In this document: positions 11,347 through 23,558 of the stretch, piece by piece
Layout: every line of letters begins with the position of its first letter
Position numbering within the stretch: the first letter of the stretch is position 1
Assembly: GCA_963769675.1 (NCBI GenBank)
Contig: CAVYMS010000009.1
Location: 192,008-256,007 of the forward strand
Reading direction: 5' to 3'
Length of the DNA: 64,000 bases
From: an uncultured Thermoleophilaceae bacterium
GTDB taxonomy: Bacteria > Actinomycetota > Thermoleophilia > Solirubrobacterales > Thermoleophilaceae
The notes under the pieces: model-generated
Seen by the model: the letters and a program-made list of their open reading frames with translations, nothing else
Database searches by the model: none
Told to the model about the DNA's origin: nothing
Made by a program: the position numbers and the translations under genes

Positions 11347-13151
11347 TCGCCCTCGCCCCGGATCACCTGGTAGAGGTCGTTGCGGCTCCAGTCGATGAAG
11401 AAGTCCATGTTCTCGACGGTGAACTCGACCGGCATCGACAGGTCCTTGACCAGCTCGTCGAAGCGGGCGGTGCCCACGCGCTCGGCGAAGTCGTTGAACG
11501 CCTCCTCGCCCTCGCGCTCGTCGTCGTAGAAGCGCAGCCAGCGCTCCACGGCGTCGGGCACGCGCTTGGAGGGCAGCCGCGACTTCAGCCGCGCGCCGTA
11601 GATCGACCTCGCCGCCCTCGTAGCGCGCCGCCGATGTGCGGGATGTACGCGGGGATCGTGGTCTCGCCGACCTTGATCGACGCGCCGTAGAAGCCGATGT
11701 TGGCGATGTGGTGCTGGCTGCAGCCGTTGGGGCAGCCGGACATCTTGATGTGGATCCGCTTGGTCAGCGGGTCCTCGATGTCCATCTGCTGGACGCGCTC
11801 CTGGATCGCCGCGGTTGAGCCCCATCGAGCTCGTGATGCCGAGCTTGCAGGAGTCGGTGCCGGGGCAGCTGACCACGTCGATGATCTCGTCGGCGCCGGC
11901 GTCGCCGAGGCCCAGCTCGGACAGCTGCTGCCAGACCTCGTAGACCGACTCGTCGCGCACCCAGCGCAGCACCAGGTTCTGCTCCACCGTCGTGCGCGCG
12001 TAGCCGCCCGAGTAGTCGCGCATGATCTGGCCGAGGCCGCGGAACTGCTCGGGGGTGAGGTCGCCGCGGGTGACCTTGACCTGCACGGTGGAGAAGCCGT
12101 CCTGGCGCTGCGGCTCCACGTTCGACGCGCGGAAGCGGTCGAACTCGGTGCCGTCGCCGTTGGGCGACGCGTACGAGCCGCCGGCCGCGGGCGCGTTGGC
12201 CTCCTCGTCGTGCAGGAGCAGGAGGGCGGTGGGGTCGAAGTCGCGCTCGCCGACCCAGTCGCCCTTGAGCTCCTCCTCGACCTGGGTGCGGAACTCGTCG
12301 ATGCCGATCTTGTCGATCAGCACCTTGATCCGGGCGCGGGCGCGGTTGACGCGCAGCCAGTCCTGGCGGTCGAAGATCCGGAACACGGCCTCGGAGACCT
12401 TCAGGTAGTCGCCGTTGTCGAGCTCCACGAACTCGTACAGCGTGGGGGCCACGCGCGGCATGATCGACGTGCCGCCGCCCACGCGGACCTCGACGCCCCG
12501 CACGCCGTCGCGCTCGCGCGGGATGAAGGCGATGTCGTGGATGCCGGTGATCGCGCGGTCCTCGTCGGTGGCGGTGAAGGCCGTCTTGACCTTGCGCGGC
12601 ATCAGCTGGGTGGTGGGGTGGCGCACGAAGTAGCGCACGTACGCGCCCGCGTAGGGGGTGATGTCGAACAGCTCGTCCTCGCAGACGCCGGCCCATGGGT
12701 CGCCGGTCACGTTGCGGACGGTGTTGCCGCAGCCCTCGCGGCTGGACAGCCCGGAGTCGGAGATCTTGCGGATCAGCTCGGCCATCTCGCGCAGCGGGAT
12801 GTGGTGGATCTGGATGTTCTGCCGGGTGGTGATGTGGCCCTTGTTCAGCGGCGCGTACTCCTCGACCACGTCCGCGAACATGTCCATCTGCTCGGGCGTG
12901 ACGCCGCCCATCGGCAGCTTGATGCGGCACATCTGGACGTCGGCCTGGCGCTGGCCGTAGACGCCCTGCTTGAGCCGGAAGCCGATGAACTCGGTCTCCT
13001 CGGTCTCGCCGCCGAGGAACTTCTCGGCCTCGTTGTCGAAGTCGTCGAACTCGTGCTCGAGGATCGGGATCACGTGCCCCGGCACGTTCTCGATGATCTC
13101 CGGGTTGTTCAGCGAGCCCTTGCGGCCCGACGGCGTGGTGGTCGGCTCCAT
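11334..13151 (-). CDS. sir: ferredoxin-dependent sulfite reductase (NirA/Sir type), three compensating frame jumps
   Basis: 605-codon ORF with siroheme/4Fe-4S cysteine motifs VSCPGTDSCKLG and SGCPNGCSQHH. The latter lies in overlapping ORF 11585..11785. The frame leaves at about 11813 and returns via about 11624 and about 11604, each consistent with one extra base. Confidence 0.9.
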   Translation of the reverse strand: MEPTTTPSGRKGSLNNPEIIENVPGHVIPILEHEFDDFDNEAEKFLGGETEETEFIGFRLKQGVYGQRQADVQMCRIKLPMGGVTPEQMDMFADVVEEYAPLNKGHITTRQNIQIHHIPLREMAELIRKISDSGLSSREGCGNTVRNVTGDPWAGVCEDELFDITPYAGAYVRYFVRHPTTQLMPRKVKTAFTATDEDRAITGIHDIAFIPRERDGVRGVEVRVGGGTSIMPRVAPTLYEFVELDNGDYLKVSEAVFRIFDRQDWLRVNRARARIKVLIDKIGIDEFRTQVEEELKGDWVGERDFDPTALLLLHDEEANAPAAGGSYASPNGDGTEFDRFRASNVEPQRQDGFSTVQVKVTRGDLTPEQFRGLGQIMRDYSGGYARTTVEQNLVLRWVRDESVYEVWQQLSELGLGDAGADEIIDVVSCPGTDSCKLGITSSMGLNRGDPGARPADGHRGPADQADPHQDVRLPQRLQPAPHRQHRLLRRVDQGRRDHDPRVHPAHRRRATRAARSIYGARLKSRLPSKRVPDAVERWLRFYDDEREGEEAFNDFAERVGTARFDELVKDLSMPVEFTVENMDFFIDWSRNDLYQVIRGEGECAV

Positions 13152-13165
13152 CGCGTCAAAGTAGC

Positions 13166-13183
13166 AAAACCCGATCGGGGTTT
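13166..13183. promoter_or_regulatory. imperfect 18-bp palindrome in the 46-bp divergent spacer between sir and the Doc locus (candidate operator)
   Basis: The sequence is AAAACCCGATCGGGGTTT, centred on CGATCG, with one mismatched pair. It is flanked by the only AT-rich stretch here (TTTAGATTATTCAG). Confidence 0.25.
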
Positions 13184-13197
13184 AGATTATTCAGCGG

Positions 13198-13287
13198 ATG
13201 GGTCTGGAATGCCCTGAGCGCCTGCGCGCAGCGATCGAGAAGGTCCGCACCGAGGACGCCGAGCTCCTCGACCGGCTCGGCCGGTGA
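13198..13287 (+). CDS. 29-codon ORF upstream of doc (possible vestigial or minimal antitoxin)
   Basis: ATG 13198 to TGA 13285-13287 encodes MGLECPERLRAAIEKVRTEDAELLDRLGR. An in-frame TAG at 13183-13185 prevents any longer version. The stop overlaps the doc GTG (GTGA), the usual antitoxin-toxin coupling. Confidence 0.3.
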   Translation: MGLECPERLRAAIEKVRTEDAELLDRLGR

Positions 13288-13670
13288 ATGCGCAGGACCG
13301 GCGGATCGAGTACCTGAGCGTCGCGGATCTGCTGGAGATCGCCACCGGCGTGGTGGGCGAGATCGCGGTGCGTGACCTGGGCCTGCTCGCCTCCGCCGCG
13401 GGCCGGCCCGAGAGCACCGTGTTCGGTGAGGACGCATACCCCTCGTTCGCCGACAAGGCCGCGGCCCTCATGCACTCCCTGGCACGCAACTACCCGCTGG
13501 TGGACGGCAACAAGCGGCTGGCGTGGGCGGCGACTCGAATCGTCTGCCTGCTCAACGGCAACGACCTTGCGTTCACGGTCGACGACGCGGAGGCACTCGT
13601 CATGGCGGTGGCTCGGGGAGAGCTCGACGTGCCCGAGGTCGCCATGTCGCTCGAGAAGCACCTCCGCTGA
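13284..13670 (+). CDS. doc: Fic/Doc (death-on-curing) family protein with non-canonical motif YPLVDGNKR
   Basis: Intact 128-aa ORF. The Doc-type core is SFADKAAALMHSLARNYPLVDGNKRLAWAATRIVCLLNG. The codon at the canonical His position is TAC (Tyr). Confidence 0.8.
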   Translation: MNAQDRRIEYLSVADLLEIATGVVGEIAVRDLGLLASAAGRPESTVFGEDAYPSFADKAAALMHSLARNYPLVDGNKRLAWAATRIVCLLNGNDLAFTVDDAEALVMAVARGELDVPEVAMSLEKHLR

Positions 13671-13678
13671 CGCCCTGT

Positions 13679-14121
13679 CTATTGGGATGAGGCGATGCCC
13701 GCCGCGGCGTACGCGTCCGCGCGATCGCTGAACAGCTTGGCGTGAGCCACGAGCCCGTCCCGGATGGTCCAGATGGCGGCCGAGTTGTGCTCCTCGAGCT
13801 CGATCCCGCTGGCGCGCCCGCGCGCCCGGCTGCGCATCAGGACCAGGAACCGCTCCGGGTCCAGCTCGATCACGCGCTCGATCTCGACCTGCCAGCGCTC
13901 CCAGTCACGGTCGACCTCCGACGAGAAGCGGCGCAGCTCCTCGTGGCCGCGGTAGACGTCGGGGTTGAGGATCGCGGTCGCTGGCGTCGAACACAGCGTC
14001 GGGGTGGTAGAGGCCGATCATGCTCGTCGACGTCGCGCGCGTTCCAGGCGTCGAACATCTGGCGGATGACTTCGCGCGGGTCGGGGGCTGCTACCGGCCC
14101 CACGGCTCGCCGTCGGCCCAC
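13679..14121 (-). CDS. SnoaL-like / NTF2-fold protein, frame jumps; start uncertain
   Basis: The N-terminus PREVIRQMFDAWNARDVDE is in ORF 13870..14121. The hand-translated middle is IGLYHPDAVFDAS...VYRGHEELRRFSSEVDRDWERWQVEIERV. The C-terminus is ORF 13679..13873 (IELDPERFLVLMRSRARGRASGIELEEHNSAAIWTIRDGLVAHAKLFSDRADA). Confidence 0.6.
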
Positions 14122-14336
14122 GGCCCGGGAGCCACGGTCGTGACCGGCGCCCTCGCGCAGCCCCGACGCGCAGCCACGGGCTCATCCGCGGCCCCGCGCT
14201 CTGCGGGCGCCGGTGCGGTGTCGCGCAGGAACTGCTCGATGGCCGCGGCGATGGCGGCCGCCTCCTCGGGCGACGCCGCCGCCTGGCGCATCTCGATCCG
14301 CGGACGCGGCGGGCGCTGTCTGCCGTTCGAGCTCAC
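14091..14336 (-). CDS. small Ala/Pro-rich hypothetical protein (weak resemblance to acyl-CoA carboxylase epsilon / OadG-like small subunits)
   Basis: 81-aa ORF containing SPEEAAAIAAAIEQFLRD followed by a Pro/Ala linker and APGPWADGEPWGR. It fills an otherwise ~230-bp gap. It overlaps the preceding feature by 31 nt, so the boundaries are doubtful. Confidence 0.25.
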   Translation of the reverse strand: MSSNGRQRPPRPRIEMRQAAASPEEAAAIAAAIEQFLRDTAPAPAERGAADEPVAARRGCARAPVTTVAPGPWADGEPWGR

Positions 14337-14352
14337 CGCCGGGAGGCTACCG

Positions 14353-15308
14353 TTGCCGCCCGTGCCCGAGATCCCCGTCTTCGACCACGACGCCGTGCTG
14401 GCCGCCGTCGACCCGCTCGAGGCGATCGAGCGGGTGCGCCAGGGCTTCGTGGAGTACGCCAGCGGCGAGTGGACGATGCCGCCGAAGGTCTACCTGGACG
14501 CGTCGCCCAACGGCGACTTCCGAGCGATGCCGGCCATGGGCGCGGGCCTGGCGATCCTCAAGTGGGTCACGTCGTTCCCCGCCAACCCGGCGGCGGGCCT
14601 GCCGGTGGTGATGGGGGTGATCTGCGTCTCGAGCGCCGCCGACGGCGAGCCGCTGGCGCTCGTGGACGTGCGCTCGGTCACGGCTCTGCGCACCGGCGCC
14701 GTCGCGGCGGTGGCCGCCCAGGAGCTGGCGCGCGAGGACGCGCGCTCGGTGGGGATCGTCGGCTGCGGCCTGCACGGCGCGTGGGCCGCTCGCTGCCTGG
14801 CCGCGGCCGAGTACGGGCCGGGCGTGTGCTTCGACCCCGACCCCGAGGCCGCCGGCGCGCTGGCCGGCGAGCTGGGCTGGGAGGCGGGATCGCGCGAGGA
14901 CGCGCTGGCCTGCGACGTGGTGACCTGCGTGACGCCCGGCGCGGAGCCGGTCGTGGCCGCCGCCGACCTGCGGCCGGGGCTGCACCTGAACATGCTCGGC
15001 GCCGACGGGCCCGGCAAGGCCGAGGCGGAGCTGGAGGCGGTGGCCGCCTGCGAGCTGTTCTGCGACGAGTGGCACCAGGCCAGCCACGGCGGCGAGCTCA
15101 CGGGAGCCGTGGACGCCGGCCTGGTGGCCGGGAGCTGGTCACCGAGCTGGGCGAGGTCCTCACGGGCCGGGCGGCCGGGCGCAGCTCGCCCGACGCGGTC
15201 ACGCTGTTCGACTCCACCGGGCTCGCGATCCAGGACGTGGCCATCTGCCTCGCGGTGCTGGAGGCGCACCGGGCGGGGGTGGTGTCGCCGGGCGCAGCGC
15301 GGCTGTAG
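14353..15308 (+). CDS. ornithine cyclodeaminase / mu-crystallin family protein, one frame jump
   Basis: Shows LKWVTSFPANP, a Rossmann motif VGIVGCGLHGAWAA, and a C-terminal FDSTGLAIQDVA in the frame of ORF 14469..15308. The frame changes at ggg 15130-15132 (deletion type). TTG 14353 lies 6 nt after GGGAGG (14341-14346). Confidence 0.8.
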
Positions 15309-15320
15309 GGTCGGCCAGCG

Positions 15321-16622
15321 ATGGAGGAGGTCGGACCGCGAGCACTCGCGAAGATCACGCGACGGCTGATCCCGTTCCTGTTCGGGATCTACGTGATCGC
15401 CTATCTGGACCGGGTGAACGTGAGCTTCGCCCAGCTGCAGCTCGAGGACGACCTCGGCTTCAGCGACACCATCTTCGGCCTCGGCGCCGGCATCTTCTCG
15501 CTGGGCTACGTGATCTTCGGGGTGCCGAGCAACCTGGCGCTGGCCCGCTTCGGCGCGCGGCGCTGGCTGGCCGCGATCATGATGGTCTGGGGCGTGCTTT
15601 CGGCCTCGACGATGTTCATCGAGGGCGCGGCCGGGTTCTACATGCTGCGCTTCCTCCTCGGGGCGGCCGAGGCCGGCTTCTTCCCCGGGATCATCCTGTA
15701 CCTGACCTGGTGGTTCCCGGAGCGCGAGCGCACCCGGGCGCTGGCGCTCTTCCTCACCGCCATCTCCGCCGCGTACGTGATCGGCGGCCCGGTGTCCGGT
15801 GGCCTGCTCGAGCTCGACGGCGTGCTGGGCCTCGACGGCTGGCAGTGGCTGTTCCTGGTGGAGGGCCTGCCCGCGATCGGACTCGGCTTCTACACCCTGC
15901 GCTTCCTGGACGAGGGCCCCGCGGAGGCGGAGTGGCTCGAGCCGGACGAGCGCGAGTTCCTGGTGCGCGAGATCGCGGCCGAGCAGGCTCAGATGCAATC
16001 GCCGGGGACCGGTGGCATCCGCGACGCGCTGCTAAACGGCCAGGTGTGGCTGCTGGCGATCATCTACTTCCTGATCCTGGCTGCCGCCTTCGGGCTCACG
16101 TTCTTCGTTCCGGACCTGGTCCAGGAGCGCACCGGCTACAGCGACTTCGAGGTGGGCGCGCTGTCGGCGGTCCCGTACGGCATAGCCACGGTGGCGATGC
16201 TCGTGGTGGCCAGGCGCGCCGACCGCGCCACCAGCAGGCGGCCGTACATCGCGGGGCTGATCGTGGTGGGGGCGGCGGGGACCGCCCTGACCGCGTATGC
16301 CCAATCGCCCCTTCTGCTCACGGTCGGTATCTCGCTCGGAGCCGTCGGGCTCCTCGGCGTGATCCCGGTGTTCTGGGCGCTGCCGACGTCGTTTCTCACC
16401 GGCGCCGGCGCGGCGGCGGGCATCGCGCTGGTGGCCGCGATCGGCAACCTCGGCGGGTTCGCCGGGCCGGCCTTCACGGGCGCAAGCGAGGACTCGACCG
16501 GCGGATTCGAGATGCCGCTCGTCGTGCTCTCCTGCCTGCTCCTGGTCGCCGCGCTGCTGACGCTGCTGGCTCGCGAGGGACCCCGTGTCGAGGTCCCGGA
16601 GCCGGCGGTGGCGCCGGAATAG
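15321..16622 (+). CDS. MFS transporter (anion:cation symporter-like)
   Basis: Intact 433-aa ORF with 12 predicted hydrophobic segments. It has the typical N-terminal YLDRVNVSFA motif and the loop motif LARFGARRW. Confidence 0.85.
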   Translation: MEEVGPRALAKITRRLIPFLFGIYVIAYLDRVNVSFAQLQLEDDLGFSDTIFGLGAGIFSLGYVIFGVPSNLALARFGARRWLAAIMMVWGVLSASTMFIEGAAGFYMLRFLLGAAEAGFFPGIILYLTWWFPERERTRALALFLTAISAAYVIGGPVSGGLLELDGVLGLDGWQWLFLVEGLPAIGLGFYTLRFLDEGPAEAEWLEPDEREFLVREIAAEQAQMQSPGTGGIRDALLNGQVWLLAIIYFLILAAAFGLTFFVPDLVQERTGYSDFEVGALSAVPYGIATVAMLVVARRADRATSRRPYIAGLIVVGAAGTALTAYAQSPLLLTVGISLGAVGLLGVIPVFWALPTSFLTGAGAAAGIALVAAIGNLGGFAGPAFTGASEDSTGGFEMPLVVLSCLLLVAALLTLLAREGPRVEVPEPAVAPE

Positions 16623-16632
16623 TGGGTACCTC

Positions 16633-16651
16633 CGCGGGCATCCTGCCCGCG
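16633..16651 (+). terminator. stem-loop between convergent MFS and pccB genes (intrinsic terminator candidate)
   Basis: CGCGGGCA (16633-16640), TCC loop, TGCCCGCG (16644-16651), followed by TCTTG. It starts 11 nt after the MFS stop. Confidence 0.45.
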
Positions 16652-16681
16652 TCTTGATGGCGTTCTCGGCCTCCGGCCTCG

Positions 16682-18259
<1,578 letters not shown>

Positions 18260-18274
18260 TGTAAGCGGCAGGCC

Positions 18275-18751
18275 CTATCCGGGGGGCGTTTCGCCCTCCC
18301 AGTAGTCCACCGCGTCGGCGCTGCGGAAGAAGGCCCGCAGGCCTCCGCCGCGCGGGAGCCGCTCGCCCACGCCCACCTTGCCGGCGTCGGGGTAGACGAC
18401 CACGTCCGGGCGGCCGTGGCTGCTGATGGCCAGGAAGGTCACGGGCGCGTCCGAGCGGTTGATGAGCTGGTGGGCGCCGCGCTCGCCGAGCGGGAAATGG
18501 ACGATCTCGCCCTCCTCGAGCTCGCGGGTGCCGTCCGGCGTGCGCAGCTCGGGCGTCCCGCTCAGCACGATCGCGAGCTCCTCGTCGGCGTAGTGGAAGT
18601 GGTACGGGTAGGCGGCCTCCCCGGCGGGCAGCTCCCAGAGGCTGCAGCCCACGAGCTCGGTGCCCAGCTCGTATCCGATCCTGGCTCGCCGGCTCTTGAA
18701 GCCGTCCGGACGCTCGCCCGGCTCGAACGCGGGTCGGTTGATGTTGGGCAC
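18275..18751 (-). CDS. cupin domain protein
   Basis: Intact 158-aa ORF. The cupin motifs are YPYHFHYADEELAIVLSG and GEIVHFPLGERGAHQLIN. Confidence 0.75.
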   Translation of the reverse strand: MPNINRPAFEPGERPDGFKSRRARIGYELGTELVGCSLWELPAGEAAYPYHFHYADEELAIVLSGTPELRTPDGTRELEEGEIVHFPLGERGAHQLINRSDAPVTFLAISSHGRPDVVVYPDAGKVGVGERLPRGGGLRAFFRSADAVDYWEGETPPG

Positions 18752-18760
18752 GCTGGCGCC

Positions 18761-19659
18761 CTACCCGCGCGAGAAGGGGCGGTGGTGGGCCGACCCGAGG
18801 CTGTCGAGCGCGGCCTCGAAGACGGCCCGGACGCGCTCGGAGTCGGGCGCTGAAGCGTCGGCTTCGGCCTCCGCGGGCTCGGTGTCCGGCGGTGCTGCGG
18901 GCTCCGGCGGCGAATCTTCTCGACTTCTGGTCGCTATTCGACCAAAACTCGAGTCGATCGTGGGATCCGGTTCGCCGGACGCTGAAGGCTCGGGTTCGGG
19001 CGCGGACTCAGGTTCGGGCGCCGCTCAGGCTCGGGCGCGGCCAGGGCGCCGGCCGGGGTGGCCGGGGCCGGCCTCGGCTCCTCGGCAACGACGGGTTCCG
19101 GGCTGGGGGAGTCGCCGCGGGCGGCAGACTCGGGCGCCGCCGCGGCGGTCACGGAACAGCCAGCGGGCGAAGAAGCCGCGGCGCTTGGGCGCCGCCTGTG
19201 TGACGACCGGCTCGGAATTGGGCTCCTCGGCCGGTGCCCAGGGCTCGCCCGGGCGGCTGCTCCTGGGCTCGCGTCGCGGAGCCTGCGCCGAGGGCTCTCG
19301 GCGCTTCGACTCCGGCTCGAGCCGAGGCTTCGGCCTCTGGCTCCGCGATCTCAGGCTCCGGCTCGGGCGGAGCTTCCGCCTCCGGCTCCGCGACCTCCGG
19401 CTCGATCCGCCAGAACGGGCACCTCCTCCTCGACCTCCGCGGTGAGGATCACGCGCGTGCCCCAGCCGGAGGCCTCGATCGCCACGGTGCCGCTGGCCAG
19501 ATCGCCCTCCCAGGCCACCGAGCTCTCGGGGTCGAGCCGGCTGATGCGGATGTTGCCCAGCTCGCCGATGTGGCGGGCCAGGCGCTCGACCTCGCTCACC
19601 TCGGTCCACAGCTCGGGTGGAGACTTCACGAGGGTGCGCTTGACCACGAGATCGCCCAT
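18761..19659 (-). CDS. hypothetical protein: ~75-aa globular N-domain plus a long Pro/Glu/Ala-rich disordered region; several frame jumps
   Basis: The protein starts at ATG 19659 with MGDLVVKRTLVKSPPELWTEVSEVERLARHIGELGNIRISRLDPESSVAWEGDLASGTVAIEASGWGTRVILTAEV. The repetitive segments that follow are spread over three frames: EPEVAEPEAEAPPEPEPEIAEPEAE, KRRGFFARWLF and SPEPVVAEEPRPAPATPAG. The terminal segment is RAVFEAALDSLGSAHHRPFSRG. The stop is at 18761-18763. Confidence 0.5.
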
Positions 19660-19756
19660 TGGGCGTCCGTTCGCTTGACGGGCCGGGACTCCTCCCGGGC
19701 GAAACGACCCGCCCGCGCACGCCACATCGACTCTCCCTGCAAGTCTGCAGGCCACC

Positions 19757-20497
19757 GTGAGCCAGGCGTACGACCCGGACAACCTGCTCGACCGCAACAC
19801 GCCGCGGGAGACGATGGAGTTGCACTACGAGCACATGCAGCCGCCGGGAGGCCGCGATCCTCGCGCCCCGGCTCGGTCGCGACGGTGGCGACGTGCTGTC
19901 GGTGGGCTGCGGTTGGCACCCCGGCCGCCACCTGTTCCCGAGTCCCGCGTGGCGCATGACCGGTGTCGAGCTCGAGCCGGCCATGCCCGAAGCCCTGGTG
20001 GCCAACGGCACGCTCGACGCCGGCCTGGCGGGCCGGGCCGGGGAGCTGGCGCTGGAGCCCGCGTCGTTCGACGTCGTGCTCTACCGGCTGGTGATGCACC
20101 ACATCGCATACCAGGGCGCGCTGGCGCCGGTGTTCGAGGAGGCCGCCACGCTGCTGCGGCCGGGCGGCGCCCTGGTGGCCGTGGAGCCGGGTCCGTGGCA
20201 CCCGGTCGGCCTGGGCCTGACGCTCGCCAACCGCCTGGGGCTGGGCACCGCCGTCCACGGCACCCCCGACGACATCCCGCTCTCGCCCGTGCGGCTCAAG
20301 GCCGAGGCGCGCAGCGCCGGGCTCTCGCCCGAGCTGCACGCCGTGACCTACACGTGGCGGCGCATGCCACGGGCCCTCCAGCGGGTCGCTGTGGCCGCTG
20401 GACTCGGGCCTCGGGGATCGCCCGCGCTGCCGCGCCGGTGGGACACACGCTGATGCTCATCGCCCGCCGCGCCCACGAGCCCCCCGGTCGCCCGTGA
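19757..20497 (+). CDS. class I SAM-dependent methyltransferase, about two frame jumps
   Basis: The N-terminus VSQAYDPDNLLDRNTPRETMELHYEHMQ starts at GTG 19757. The SAM motif VLSVGCGWHPG and DVVLYRLVMHHI...LLRPGGALVAVEP are in ORF 19893..20453. The tail HTLMLIARR is in the 19757 frame. The stop overlaps the next GTG (GTGA at 20494-20497). Confidence 0.7.
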   Translation: MSQAYDPDNLLDRNTPRETMELHYEHMQPPGGRDPRAPARSRRWRRAVGGLRLAPRPPPVPESRVAHDRCRARAGHARSPGGQRHARRRPGGPGRGAGAGARVVRRRALPAGDAPHRIPGRAGAGVRGGRHAAAAGRRPGGRGAGSVAPGRPGPDARQPPGAGHRRPRHPRRHPALARAAQGRGAQRRALARAARRDLHVAAHATGPPAGRCGRWTRASGIARAAAPVGHTLMLIARRAHEPPGRP

Positions 20498-21203
20498 TCG
20501 CCGACGACCTGCGCGAGATCCTGGGCGATCGGCTGCCCGACGACCACGCCGGCCAGGCGATCGCCCAGGACATGGTCGCGCTCGCCCTACGGGACGCGGC
20601 CTCGCCGGCGGTGCTCGACGTGGGCTGCGGCGCGGGGCGTCCGTGGACCTCTTCCGCGGCCTCGCGCCCGGTGGGCGCTGGGTGGGAGTCGATGTGGCCG
20701 ACTCGCCGGAGGTCCGCCAGCGCACCCGCACGGACGCCGACTTCCACACATTCGACGGAGTGAACCTGCCGTTCGGGGACGAGAGCTTCGACCTGGTCTA
20801 CTGCACGCAGGTGCTCGAGCACGTGCGCCGGCCCGCTCCGCTGCTTGCCGACATGTCGCGCGTGCTGCGGCCGGGGGGATGGCTCGCCGGATCCACGTCG
20901 GCGATGGAGCCCTTCCACTCCCGCAGCACCTTCAACTACACCCCGCACGGCCTGGCCCTCCTCCTGGAGGAGGCGGGGCTCGAAGGTGTGCAGCTGCGCC
21001 CCTCGATCGACGCGCTCACGCTGATCGCGCGTCGGGGCCTGGGCGGGCCCGCGTTCTTTGACCGCTGGTGGACGACCGAGTCGCCCCTCAACCGGGCGAT
21101 CGGGCTGTTCGGCCGCGTCCGCGGGCTGGACGTGCGGGGCGTCAACGCCGCCAAGCTGCTGTTCGCCGGGCACGTGGCGTTCGCCGCCCGCAAGCCGGGC
21201 TGA
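20494..21203 (+). CDS. class I SAM-dependent methyltransferase, one frame jump
   Basis: VLDVGCGAG lies in ORF 20494..20763. It continues in ORF 20643..21203 (GGRWVGVDVADSPEV, FDLVYCTQVLEHV, VLRPGGWLAGST). The jump is near 20640. Confidence 0.75.
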
Positions 21204-21208
21204 CGCAG

Positions 21209-22828
<1,620 letters not shown>

Positions 22829-22880
22829 CGGGGGAGGATACGCGCGGGAGCGCCGGGGCCGGCGGCGTAGCATTGGCGGC

Positions 22881-23526
22881 GTGGAGGTCACCGTGCGCCT
22901 GTTCGCGATGCTCCGCGAGCGCGCCGGGGCCGGCGAGGTGGTGCTCGAGCTGCCCGAGGGCGCGCGCGTGGCGGATGCGCTCGAGCGCCTGGACGCAGCT
23001 GGCCGCCGGGCTGCCGCTGGTGATGGCGGTGAACCGCGAGTACGCGGAGCGAGGACCGGGTGCTCGACCCCGGCGACGAGCTGGCGCTGATCCCGCCGGT
23101 GAGCGGCGGCGAGCGGCTGGCCGTGCACGCCCGCGTGACCGACGCGCCGCTGTCGCTGGAGGCCGTGGCCGCGGCGGTGCGCGACCCGCGCGCCGGCGCG
23201 GTGGTGACCTTCCAGGGAGTCACGCGCGAGGTCGAGCTGCTCGAGTACGAGGCCTACGTGGAGATGGCGGAGGAGTCGATGGCGGCGATCGTGGGCGACC
23301 GCCATCGAGCGCCACGGGCTATGCGCGGCGGCCGCCGAGCACCGCGTGGGCCAGGTGCCGCTGTCGGAGCCGAGCGTGGTGGTCGCGGCCTCCTCGCCCC
23401 ACCGCGACGCCGCCTTCGCGGGCGCCCGGGAGATCATCGACGCCGATCAAGGCCCAGGCCCCGATCTGGAAGCTGGAGGTCGACGGCGCCGAGCGGCGCT
23501 GGGTCGAGGGCTCGCGCCCGGGCTGA
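22881..23526 (+). CDS. molybdopterin synthase MoaD-MoaE fusion, several frame jumps
   Basis: The MoaD-like part is VEVTVRLFAMLRERAGAGEVVLELPEGARVADALERLD...DELALIPPVSGG. The MoaE-like part is VHARVTDAPLSLEAVAAAVRDPRAGAVVTFQGVTRE...LEYEAYVEMAEESMAAIV, GQVPLSEPSVVVAASSPHRDAAFAGAREIID and APIWKLEV. The pieces are spread over ORFs 22746..23090, 23060..23878, 23346..24326 and 22873..23526. Confidence 0.75.
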
Positions 23527-23530
23527 GAGC

Positions 23531-23551
23531 GGCCGGCCCACGGGCCGGGCC
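23531..23551. terminator. GC-rich imperfect hairpin between convergent moaDE and sigma/anti-sigma genes
   Basis: GGCCGGCC (23531-23538) pairs with GGCCGGGCC (23543-23551) with one bulged G. There is no T tract. Read by eye only. Confidence 0.2.
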
Positions 23552-23558
23552 CTGCGTC

